Shown piece after piece: positions 1-22,102 of a DNA stretch of 64,000 nucleotides (the first letter of the stretch is position 1; each line of letters begins with the position of its first letter). A program made the translations under genes and the position numbers. This DNA is from Lingula anatina (Eukaryota > Animalia > Brachiopoda), in assembly GCA_051362555.1 (NCBI GenBank), contig CM120642.1:29450001-29514000 (forward strand), in the 5' to 3' direction. The notes beneath the pieces were generated by a model. That model had not been told where the DNA came from. It did no database searches and worked only from the letters and a program-made list of their open reading frames with translations.

Positions 1-446
1 GTACTTCTGATCTTTCACCAACTGCTATTTAACCAAATGGACACGGTGCTCTAGAAACGTTGGAAAACGCAAAGAATACAACTGTCGTCTATTGTGATCT
101 AATTTAAATCAGATAGCCCGGAGTAAAAGTGTCGAGATCGGTCTACTCAACTCTCGTGTGCAAGCGCCTTTTGATACTGCTGAAATGTACATTTTTTTTT
201 CCACTGACCGACTTAAAATACTTGTTGATCTAACAGGCCAAAACACTACGTCTATTCGTTTATCTGGCCAATAGTAGGCGCTTCTCAACCTTCGAACATT
301 GACTGATTCGGTGAAAATTAATAAGCTATCGAACTACCCTTTGTTTTCTTCATCCGAAAATTTAATACACAATACTATCTACAGTTGTACACTGAACATA
401 TTCAATACCAGCTGCTATCAATGAATATTGGTGTATGTATTCTTAC

Positions 447-3400
447 GGTGCTGCTGCCTGTCCTGGTATGGCATGTACACGACCTCTGAAGGTGCCCCCT
501 GGCGGTATAGGCACAGTGGCGCCGTCTGTAGTTTGTCCACACTGGGTTATCCTGGGTGGGGTGGCACCGTATGCAATGGGCGGTGTTTGGATTAGAAACT
601 GAAATAAAAAAGGTTATGTGAAATATGTCAACACTGTACATGTACGTTTAAATTGCATAAATTGTGATACACATGTAGAACCCTTTCTGATGATGGTCTA
701 ATTTTTCATCAAAAATATAAGGAAAACTGAAAATTCCAATTTCAACTACTGGACAATCTAACGTATTTAAATAATGTAACGTATCTAACGTGGACAATCT
801 AATTAAGATTCTCAGGATTATGTGCAAGGTGCATTGAAAACGCATCAACCACTTCCGTCCCCGTACCTGTAGGGGAACAGCGCTAAGTGGGTCGTTAACT
901 GTTTTGATCGTCCCACCTTGGGTGATGTTACGCCGAGGAAAATCTTCCACGGTTAAGGCAACCGCGTACCAGCCAAACTCGTAGTATCTCAGACGACGAA
1001 TGACCTGTGGTATAGTTAGGATACAGCGCTCCTATGGAAAATAGACGTTTTTTATTTGCAGTTTGCACATAAAAGATTTCTTATAAAAAGATTACTAAAA
1101 GATAGAATCAAAATTAAAAAGATTTAAAAGTATATAAATGTAATGGAAGGCGTCCTTAAAAGGTGAAATATTCGGCCAAAAACAATGTGATAAGCCTGAA
1201 GAAACTTAAAAGCACCTCGTCCAGTCTAGCGTTAGGAAGAAGACGACAAACGCTGGCACATTCATCTGCTCCCTCGGCCCATCTGCATCTCACGTGATCG
1301 CCATCTGGGTCTGCTACTCCCAGTTTCAGGACAAATCTGCCCCCGTAATTAGCTCTGAAAAAATGGTTGGTTTCTTGATTAATAATATAGATAAACAGGA
1401 ATGGAAACAATAAAACTCCACTACGACCAAAAGCCATACACTTGTGCTTGATACAAGCATTCCATTGTTTAACCGTCTACGTCACATAATAATGCCCACA
1501 TCATCCTATTGCCTAAAAGGGGTTGATTTAGGACCTGAAATCTCGCAATAATTTAACCCCCTTACCTATATATACCTTTGCTTGCAATAACCGGGCTGTT
1601 GTTTGGGCGCCGTGTGTCACTGCGGGTGCCCAAGATAACCTCAGTCTGTATCCGCCAGATGTCATTACCTCCACCATATGATAAACTCCGCCAGTTACCG
1701 CCTGTGAAACTGTGACATTGTGTTAGAGAAGATATGTGCTGTTATGCTGATCGTCTTATCTAATACAATATGTTTAGTTTTGTCATGCTATTGACAATTT
1801 GAGACCCAGAATGTAAAAGGTGATACGATGTAATCCTTTATCACGTTTATAACGTTCAACATAGTACATGCAGAAAAACCCATATACATACCCTATAATG
1901 TAATTTCCCTGAGCAGGAAAAGTATAGCTAAAACTATTGGCCCCTTGTTCCCATCCCTCACTTTCACTGACATCCGTTACAATATACGAGTCTGGCACTA
2001 TATTGATGAGGGAGGAGCATCCCTTCAGACATTGCCACATTCCCTGACTGGATGTCCCGTTCTTGCCAATCTTTTCAACGGAACAGCCGCCCCCACAGGG
2101 ACCTTGTCCGAAAGTCCAGGCGGATTGCCATTGGAAAAGAACCTAGAATCATTAATTGTCAGCTGGTAAAAGAAACAGTGCAAGGTACACACATTGTAAA
2201 TTATACGTTAAGCATCCGAGATAGCCTAAAACGAGCGTAAAGTCACTGTGTGACGTCATAGAGACCAGAAAACGTGCGAGAAGGCGAGTAGGGTAGGGTT
2301 AAGTTCGAGCGATAGGGTGAATATACAATGCAAAAATTTCAGCCATACACCGTGAAAGCGTACCGTTTTGCAGAAGATTAATATTGTACATGTAGACGAC
2401 ATTAAGCATAAAATGACTGAATCCTTTATTGACGTATATATAGCACAATTTGTAACATTTTCGTTAGCACAAAGGACACCGTGGCACGTTTGTTCTTTGT
2501 GTACGTTGGGCTTTTGTACAAATCTAAAAAAAAAGAAAAAATTACACAAGTATGCGATAAATAATAAACTCATAGAAACAAACTACAATATATGCGTTAA
2601 AGTAAAAAAAATACATTTTACAATTACTCACATTATATGCTGTCTACGGTTCCAAACACAGGTGACCGACTAGTATGCTTGCTACTTGTCTACTAAATTC
2701 TCTCGAGATTTCTATGCCATGCACAACCAAAACCACGTGACTGATTACTGTTCACATAACTAAGAGTGACCACAGGGACATGTGACTTGGCGCACTAACA
2801 ATTAATTCTTCGGCTTTTTATTCCTTGTCGTACCGCACTGGCTTGTCTGCATGTTATTTCCTAACCCACTCACGAGACTTAGGGCTAGCAGTCCAGTGGA
2901 GAATCAAAGAGATAAGCGAGTAGCGTAAGTCGGTGCATGGTTATACAAAAAAAAATTGTTTCGCCTAGATTCACTCTACAATTCTGGCTGGGAACATTTT
3001 TTGCGTGTCTAGGTAGGTGGTGTGTTTGTTGGGGGAGGGGACGTCCCCATGTGCGGTACGAGTACCTGGTCTCCCCTCTCCAGAGTGAAATAAAAAGACC
3101 TTCGAGTAAAGGCAACTTGGTATTACATGTACACGTATATCGCTTGTTTTCTTGTAAGCACAAAGTACGGGTTAACTATGTTATTGAATGACATAATATC
3201 ACGTAGTAATGTCAAAACACATCAGTATGTAATACCTTATGTTTGTTAGCGCGCTGTAAATACATGTAGCATAATACCAGACCATACAGTGTATGCCATG
3301 TACGTAATAACAGGCACCACGGGGGGGGGGGGGGGGGGGGGGGTTATATTTTGCTCCATAGCCCACCTCCCATTGATTCTTTATTCGGCTGAAGTGGATC

Positions 3401-4249
3401 TCTGCACACTCAATGCACAAATAATATGTGCTTTCTTTTCAGAGGCCATCAGGGTGATGAAGAACAGTGCACACAAAGCCAGATAAAATATATGTGAATA
3501 TTTAGTGAGAAAAGAAACTCGGGGGCCCTGGAAGAGGGTCAATATGTGATATGAGGGAAGTGGGCGAAGAAATATACTGTTTTGAGGAACGTCTTGCTCG
3601 AAAACAGGAAATTTTCAACATTTAAAATCCACTCCTATTGTAAGAGATTACTAGAGACTCGTCTCAACTGTCCTCTCTGGTACCTAATACGATGAGTTTC
3701 AAGGGTTTTTATACCTGAGGATCCTGAAAAAGTGACGTTGGAAGGAAAAAAAAGCTCTTTTGTAAAATATTCAAGTCTATTACCTGTCTTGGGTTCAGAG
3801 GGGATGGCTTCCAGCTGATAGTTGATCCGCAGAAATGACTGCCTGGAACAGAGTCGCAGCTATCAAGGCAGTTCCATTTTGAAATATAAAAAATACCTTC
3901 AAATGATGTATGTTTGTAAATCAACAATGGATCCAGGGGAGGGAGGGGGAGGCAGTGCCCAACTTATTACAAGTATATTGTCCTCGACTAATGTTTTAAT
4001 TATAATTATTTTGCCCCTCCCCCCACCTCCCCCCCCCCCCACCCAGTTGTGGAATCGGCAGTGTACAAGTATTTCGATAACAGCTGTCGACTAATCTTTT
4101 TAACCGTCAACTATCATCACATATACTACATGTAAATGAAAAACATGTAAACGTCACTGTAAATGAAAAACATCACCAGCTTTACCTTTTACATTGATGA
4201 TTATAAGAAGGCGAATCACAGTCTTGAGCATGTGGACCGCTGTGGACAT
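447..4249 (-). CDS. Sib/'integrin beta-like' domain family secreted or membrane protein, paralogue A (3' end probably continues beyond the window start)
   Basis: Phase-consistent GT-AG exons: 4249-4186 (signal peptide MSTAVHMLKTVIRLLIIINVKG), 3842-3784 (SHFCGSTISWKPSPLNPRQ), 2142-1892 (VLFQWQSAW...WEQGANSFSYTF), 1709-1566 (FTGGNW...RPNNSPVIASKGIY), 1354-1216 (DPDGDHVRCRWAEGADECASVC), 1031-867 (YAVALTVEDF...LSAVPLQ), 598-447 (FLIQTPP...). Exon sizes and phases match paralogues B and C. Confidence 0.85.
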
Positions 4250-4552
4250 GATGAATCACTTTAAAATCTGCATTGACAAACCAAAGGAATTTACAACAAA
4301 TTAGACGGATTTCGACAGAAATCTAAATTAGATCGAATCTTCTATATAGGACGACATGGTTTAAAGAAAACACCACGCAGAGAATGTAGCAGTTATAGTA
4401 TTATACGGTGTAGTTTAGAGTCAAAACTTACCCTGTTCTGGTAATACAACAAATGCTTAAATTTCTGAAAGTTTATAAGCAAACTCGATTCCAGCACATG
4501 CACTTTACCCTTAGCTAATTGCGTAGTTATGTACTATGTATTGACAGTTTAA

Positions 4553-4768
4553 CACCCCATTCTCATAGATTAGATCGACCTACATTGGATCGACCTAACT
4601 CCCTGGGGGTTCACGCTAAATAGCTGTCAGCCGGGCGGACACGAAAGTTAATTACCCCTTAAAGCTTGTAGTAGGCGGGGACGGACACTTAAGGGGGATT
4701 ATCTGACAGTAATCTAGTGAGACTCCCCGCGGTGATAGATCGATCTAAAAGTTGTGAGAACAGAGCCT
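4553..4768. mobile_element. MITE-like non-autonomous element, copy 1
   Basis: About 215 bp, highly similar to 34405-34620, with imperfect terminal inverted repeats (catagattagatcgaccta ... tagatcgatctaaaa). Confidence 0.75.
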
Positions 4769-5715
4769 TAAGATGAGCTGGGCATGAGTCATAGGGCTAC
4801 ATGTATCTCATCGGGATCAGTTCCTGGTGAAAGATCTCAGAGTGGGATCGAAACGTTGGACCGCTGTTAATCAAAAGGCAAGTTCCAATATATGCTCCAC
4901 CTCTATTATGAATGTTAATATCCTTTTTCAGTCGCAATCAAACCCGAAACTAAAAATCAGAAGAAGACGAAGAAGCAGTTAAAATTCGGACTTAAAATGT
5001 AAGTTGGGTTATTCTAAGTGATAAATTGAACAATTGACAAATATCGATCCTGTTGGGAGACTCAAAAGATATTGTAAACCCATCCCAGTAATCAATGCTT
5101 GAAAATATTAGCGCGTTATTCGGAAAAATGAACAAAATCACTGTTCAATATTTTTTCGTTGCCGATTGCGCCATTAAACCAGATATGAGGATAATACAAC
5201 ACACGTCACCCTTATAGAACGAAATATAATGTAACACCCCTATTGCCTGCGTACAGTGGAAGACTTATTGAAAATACATGTATTAGTTAGTTTGCTTTAC
5301 ACAATAATGAGTTGAAAATGCACTCAGTTCAAGAGAAGTCGACGCTCAGCTTCAATACAGGCGATTTCGAACACCTCATACAGTGAAAATACGTGAGACT
5401 GTCAAAGCACAATTAATGTACAAACTGGAAACAACAAGAAAAAAATTGAACCTTGACGAATAAAAACATATTCAGTTGGCTCGGAGAAAGCAGAGTGAAT
5501 TCATCTCTATCTGACATGCACTCTTACGTTACTCGGCAACAATGCAGGTGATTCTGGCAATTTTTTTAATAATTTCTGAATGACACACTTAGCGTACGCC
5601 TGCGCTGAGACTACGCGTTCTTTAACATTTTGAGGCTATTATCTTATGTCGATACGTTTTTGAAACTGTCTGTGGCTTAATATTGGGTGGCTGTATCCGA
5701 CAGGTCTTTCTCGAT

Positions 5716-7994
5716 ATGAGCGTCAAAGAAATGGGAATGATTGTTGTCTTTGTGTTCGTGTTGGACATCGCACAAGGTAAGTACAGTTTAAGGTCGTAAC
5801 ACTGAGAATAAAATTGGAGTCATTTGACTCTCTAGTCAGAGTCCAGCACCCCTTGACCCTCATGGAGTTAATTTGTCTCCTACATAAGGGTCAAATTACC
5901 CCACTACCAGAGCTTTAGACTCTGTTATCAGAGTCAAACACCCCCCGGCTCTCATGGAGTCAATCTGACTCTAAAATCAGAGTCAAATTATCGGGGGCCA
6001 GTGTCTGGCTGACCCCTTTCACCGACTCTTTTCGCTCGCTGGACAGTAAGCTTCGTTTCATTACTTGTTATGGCAGTGAGCAGACGGCGTGGAGAGAACA
6101 GTTTTCATCATCCTTTGTCAGTATAAACATTACTTTATTGGCCATAGATGGTTTTTATGCATGAACAAGTGGTTTTCTGTGTGTTTCTGCATGCAGAACT
6201 CGTGATTACTGGCCCGGGCTTTCAGTTGCCACACCCTTTATGTGATATGTTGGTATACAGGTCAGCAGGTTTTGTTTCCAGGTTGTAGGTTTGACCCACC
6301 AATGCATGTCAGTGGAGTGGTATGCTCACTCATTGGTATATTTGTGGTATATTGTGGTATATATGTGTGTGTGCCATGCTGTTTATTACCAGATTTACAA
6401 ACTGTTTGTTGCTATTTCAAAACCACATGTGACCGCATAGCCTTAGTGGTTGGGGTGCCCGCCTGTGGGTTCGAGCCTGTCTCACAACTATCTAAAATAA
6501 ACGAAATTTGCTGTCTTTCTCCTTGGCGCTATTGTTTTTTTTTTTTTTTGTTCATGATGTGCCAAGGAGTCAAAAATTCCTTAATATGGGGGTCATGGTG
6601 ACTCTTTTGTAGAGATAAATCAAGGGATGGAGGGATGTGTGAATGGAGTCAATTGTGACCCTCCTGTGGGGTCTGGGGTGGCATTTCTCCACCGGAGTCA
6701 ACTTGACTCCAATTGGGAGTTATTTTAGGCACCGCTGCTGGACTCCAAGTTTGGAGTCACTTGGACTCCGATTTTATTCTCAGTGAACTGCTTTGGATAT
6801 AGCTTTATTGAAGCTAAATATATATTATCTCGGCTAATGCTGACCTATATATTAATGTCGTCAGTGTGAGCACCACATCCGCTTGTAAAGCATATAAAGG
6901 TATATCAACTTTAATTCATTACACACCAGCATCTTTTAAGAACACGTATTGTGGAATCTATCCTCATTGTCAAAAGTCTGTCAATAAATATGACAATATA
7001 GCAATATGTTAAAGAAAGCACCCTAGCTCTCCTTGTACAACAGTATAGTAGGTTTTTGAGGTTTTGGAGTGTACATCTGAAACTTGTTAGCAAAACTGCA
7101 TGTGTAGTCTTTCAACATGTGAGTTTACAAAGACCTCTTGGTCCAAATACCACAGTTGCACTGTACCAGTAACATTAGTATTGTCATTGAAGCGACTAGT
7201 TTTTTTATAGAGGCCTGATGGAACCGCTTACTGGGGAATATTATTTAAAATGGTGTTGTGAGTTCTTTATTCTTACCAGAATGAAGCATAAAGCGAAGTA
7301 CATTTCAAAAGTCTCCCTCTCCGAAAGCAATTATCTACGTAACACTTGAAAACGCGACCCCTGGTGTCACGCAGGAACTATAAACATACAAGTATTGTAA
7401 ACAATACACAATCACTACGTGTATATGTAAGCTTTCGTAGCTCTCTTAATAAGGTTTTTAAGAGTTGCTTTATTTATGCGTGTACGAGAAAACAAACTCC
7501 CCAGGATCACTATCTTAAGTGATGTTCTTAAAGGGATAATAACTCTTCGTATGATATCTATATTTTACAATTAAAACCTTGTGAATAACTCATAGAAATA
7601 TAATATATTCTGTTTTACCACAAAAACAGCAGTTATAGCTTTTATTCTGATATCTGAACTTGTCTTTAGACCACGTGACCTCCATTGATGTCTATACTCT
7701 GTTAAAATCTCTTAAGAGATTTTAACAAAAAACCAAACTTTTTAGAAAAAAACCAGGGACTAACTTTGAATGTAAAAATGGATTCATTAACCATTGGTAA
7801 GTATGGGAAAATTGTTGTTTACTCCAGGAAAATTCATTTTTTGGCCGAAACGAAGAGTTATTATTGCTTTAAGTTCAAGCCCGATGGATATTTTACTTCT
7901 AGGAGGGTGACCTTTACGGCTTTGGCTTTGTAGATTTCGGTTTTGATCTTTTTGGAGTTACAAAATTAATGTCGCATGCACAAGTGACATTTCA

Positions 7995-8039
<45 letters not shown>

Positions 8040-11000
8040 TTCTAATGGTAAACCAAATGAATTCTTAACAGTCTTACTTTTCCAGGAAGCCGATTTTGTG
8101 GATCTACAATAAGTTGGCAGCCGTCTCTTACTAATTACAACAAGGTAATCCACTTTCCAAGGGTAGACGTGGATTATTATTATTATTATTAGAATAGTTT
8201 TAATTTTGACTAAAAATAACCCAGTACTGTTTGTTACAGTGTTATTTCGCTAAAAATTTCCTTGAATTTCTCAACCATCTCTTTCCCATATTGTGCCCAG
8301 GTTAACTTTCAATGGCAGTCTTCCTGGATGCTGGGGGCTGGTCCTTGTGGCACTGGGTGTAACGAAAGAAATATTGGTACCATGGGGAGCTTTAGTTTAG
8401 GACAATGGAGGTGTTTGTCCGGCTGTGGGTCCACTCTGAATTTAGCCCTCCATCAATACGTTGTCACTGACATTAGCGTTCAAGAAAACTGGGAGCAAGG
8501 AGCTGATAGTTTCTCCTACACATTTCCTGACCAGGGAGAATACGTGGTGGGGTAGGTAGTTTGCAGGTACAACGAAACGTACTAATAACGACCAGGGAAT
8601 TATGGGTAACAATGTTACCCATCCCTCCGCCAAGGAGGTTATGTATTTGCTTCCTTTTTTCTGTTAGCAAGATTGTGGAAAAATGTAGACTGATTTTGGT
8701 ACTTAAAATGTTTAGAAACTGTCAGAAAGGGACCTAGATATTGTTGGTTGTCCATAAATCAATTTAGGATTAATAAGTTTATTTCTTGTCTGTCTGTTAG
8801 AAACATTATGCAAAACGTTGAGGAAGGATTTTGATGAAATTTTCATAAAATGTCTGGAGAAAATCCAATGTTAAAACTTTGGTGGCGGCCCCTTATATAT
8901 TGCAATAGTACTCTGGTCTGTTTCCGAGGATCCGACTAATACTAAAAAAAGAAGACGAAGAAGAATAAAACGACAATAATGATGATAAATCATCATTACA
9001 GCAGATAAATTTTTCGAAGTGGCCAATAGTTTCTATTCCATTCTATTTTCCGAACAAAGTGTTTTCATAGTTGGTAATATAAAATAGCGGAGGACCACTG
9101 GAAGTCATGTTTGTGCTGGACACAAGTGCTTACCAGGTGCAAATATTTTCTGTGCACCGATCCCTACCAAAGACAAAATAATACAGACATTAGAAACATT
9201 GGCACACCGATATAACAATAATTGCTCTCTCAAAGACATTTATACTATTTTTTTCAAAATCTGTAAAATTCCCTGTACTGTAGGATAACATTAAGCAAAT
9301 CAGTCTTAAAATTATCGCGCTGTTGTGGCCAGTATTACACATTTTAGTTTATCTGGATATCTCTTGGCTGCCTTGATGTTGAAACCTTCAAAAGAATTTT
9401 GTATACCGGTAAAACTACATAGTTGGTTATGCTCTGTATTTAGATTTACTGGCCATGCATGGCGAAGATTAGACTATGGTAGTGGCGGGAGTTGGCTAGT
9501 GCAAACCGCAGTCAACCTCGGCAACAGAAACGACACCGGTCATCCAAACAGCAGTCCTGTAACTGCAAGTAAAGCCATTTACAGGTCAGTGGAAATACAA
9601 TACCAAATATAAAGGCGCCTAGTTTGATAGCTCTGCTCTCTGTCTTAACACGCAGAAGTAATTGCTTCGCTACCTGACGTAAGGGGCTCGGCTCGGTACG
9701 TTATCATTTATTTCCTTATTTGCTTAAATAATAAAAATAAATACATATACCTATGAGGCAATAAAACTAAATGTAGAACAATAAACAACAATAAATATTA
9801 AAAGTCAGTGCCAAGAAATTGTCTTGAAAGACTTACCTGTACCTCTTAGAATATCAGTAAAGAGGAGAAATAATGCCCTTAAATGTCTCCTGGACAAAAA
9901 AAGAGTAAAACCCCAAAATCGGTCTCTGGCAAGATAATGTTGCAAATGCCGTTTGCATATGTTATGACGCAAATCTAGGCGTCTACCGCGGTAAGTTACT
10001 TTGTGAAGAGAGTCTTCTTAGTGGTTTTTTTACTGGTCAATGTTTCAACTGCCGAACTGTTTATGCAATCCTTGAGATCAGTCATAACGCTTCAAGTTGT
10101 CAAAGGAGAGGTATGGGATTAAAAACCAAAACCATTTTTGTCATTCCCCATATTCTTAAAATGTTTGTAACGCTCAAAATAAAAAGGAACGTAGTAAAAA
10201 AACATACACATGTATAATACTTCACCAATTTCAGGGCCATGTTCGGCTGCGAATTCCAGCTCCAGATCCCTGTGCAAGATCCAGACGGGGACGCGGTCCG
10301 CTGTCGTTGGGCGACTTGTAAAGAGTGCGCGAGTGTTTGTAACTCTTTACCGGGTGCCATATTAGATGAGGTACGACTATCATGTTATAAAACACGCAAT
10401 ATATCGGTTATCATGTGACAGGGTAAATAAATATTTATAACAGGACTCAGTAACCCTGGTAGTAGAAAATCTGACGTAATCAAACGGTAAGTTTGCGTTT
10501 AAATGGGATTTAGACTATCTGGGGGCTCTGAAACCATTTATTGACGCCAACTTTTCCTTACAAGTGTACATCTCACTAATTTTGAACGGTTATTGCCCTG
10601 CTGTTATAAAATAGTCATAAGGCACACATTTTGCAAAACTTGATATACGGAACTGTTTTTTTTTTCTATCGCTTTGATTCACTCAAATTGAACGGTATCG
10701 TATTTTGTTTTTGTTCGTTTGTTTATCGCATGTATTCCAGGAGACATGCACCCTCACAATCCCCATGGTGTCCACAGAGAACGGGTACAGAGACGGAGGT
10801 TGGTATGCTGTAGCGTTGACTGTCGAGGACTTTCCGCAGACGACAATTGAACAGGGAGGCAGGTTAAAAAGACCTACAGACAGATTGTGTTCGATTCCCT
10901 TACAGGTAGCGACTGAATTGGCATTGTTCAGTTTGGTTGAGATAGAAAGAAGGGGTTTGAGATTTTAGTTACTCATGCAGGAAGCAACCAATTGGAACAA

Positions 11001-11251
11001 AGGCTATTTAGCAATATTTTTTCAAATACGCCATATGAATTTCATATGGCATAACCGAAAAATTCTGTAAATCGCTCTCTTTCAGAAGGAGAGATTTACA
11101 TTTATGAGCATGCGGGTATCCACCGCTGTTAGTGAACTGAATTTAGACACACACTTGATAATCTGACATTATTCTTCTTCTTCTTCTTATTATTATTTTC
11201 TAGTTTCTTATCACCACTCCTCACCTTGGGAAATGTTTGCAACTGTTTTGA
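5716..11251 (+). CDS. Sib-like family paralogue B; truncated (secreted N-terminal domain only) or young pseudogene
   Basis: Exons 5716-5776 (signal MSVKEMGMIVVFVFVLDIAQG), 8086-8144 (SRFCGSTISWQPSL), 8301-8551, 9444-9584, 10235-10370, 10741-10905 and 11204-11251 (FLITTPHLGKCLQLF*). The ORF is intact through exon 6. A ~10-nt insertion relative to paralogue C in exon 7 gives TGA at 11249-11251. No downstream exon-8 or EGF homologues were seen. Confidence 0.8.
5800..6785. mobile_element. Non-autonomous CACTA/EnSpm (CMC)-like DNA transposon in intron 1 of paralogue B
   Basis: Perfect 15-bp TIR CACTGAGAATAAAAT / ATTTTATTCTCAGTG, with AA on both flanks (2-bp TSD). Many GAGTCA/TGACTC subterminal repeats at both ends. 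No transposase ORF. Confidence 0.8.
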
Positions 11252-11798
11252 TGGAGGACAGACGGCGTCATTGCTTAAAGGTTTTAAAGTGTTCGCATAA
11301 GGTTGGCAACAGGTCGTCAGCGATCGTTGACACGTGAAGGCCCATTTTTGTGCACTTGATGATGAAAAATATCAGTTAAATAAAAATAATTTAATCAGCA
11401 ACGTATAATTCCTATTCATTATCAACCATTTAAATTATCCGTACAAATAATATATATCAGATCGGTTAATATTAGTAAAAATATTTTCAGGAAATACAAT
11501 TTTACACCCTTCCAGTACTTGCTATCCTCACCACAAGGATGACTATGTACACGATGCGCACGGCTTGTCACGATTTAAACACGCTGCAACCGGTTTTCAA
11601 AAATTATCAGGTGGTTGCTGACACATGTTTATCGCTCGGCAAACTGTTTGTGACTGGTAATCTACGGGGCATAACTTGAATATTGTCTTTTTAAAGAGGT
11701 AGCAGATACCATAATGCAACAGTTCGACTATTTGCTGTGCAAAATATACCGTAGCTTCTCATTTAACTCGTCAAGTCAGCTTATTTGGCTTAATTGTT

Positions 11799-11882
11799 TG
11801 ACACGCCTCCTCGAGCAGCTAGGGGGTAATTAAGCCAAGTTAATTAGTTTATTACCCCCTAGCTGTACGATGAGGCGTGTCA
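11799..11882. repeat. Short palindrome/hairpin (probable MITE remnant)
   Basis: tgacacgcctcctcgagcagctagggggtaat ... attaccccctagctgtacgatgaggcgtgtca forms a ~32-bp near-perfect stem. Confidence 0.75.
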
Positions 11883-12257
11883 TTCACTTTTAAGCAGATT
11901 GCACTTACCGAATGTGAACTGGGATTACTATCCCTATGGAACGTCATCTAGGGGTTGGAATCTTTCAGATCCCGTTAAATAACCAGACTCACTAAAATTT
12001 TTTGATTATTTATTTATGAAAAAAAAAAAAAAAAAAAAAACAGTGCCCCAAGACATTAGTTTTAAATCGCACACGGACATTACTGTACATTAGTCTACAC
12101 ATAAGAAAAATCATCTTTGCATGTGGCGATGTCCTTATTCTGTTCACAGCAGCGTTTGGTGCAAATAGGTTCAAAACTGAGAAACAACTGCCCTATTTTG
12201 TACGGAAACATTAAATTAAAGTATTTGTATAAAACTGGTCAAATAAAACACACCGGG

Positions 12258-22102
<9,845 letters not shown>

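Noticed and set aside
108-326. Open minus-strand stretch as the next exon of paralogue A
   Set aside because: It has no similarity to exon 8 of paralogue C and only a weak acceptor.
6242-6601. 119-aa ORF inside the CACTA-like element as a transposase fragment
   Set aside because: It has no recognisable transposase motifs, so it is probably a chance ORF.
11249-11280. TGA in paralogue B read as selenocysteine
   Set aside because: The stop results from a frameshifting insertion, and the same frame ends at TAA shortly after without alignment to paralogue C's protein.
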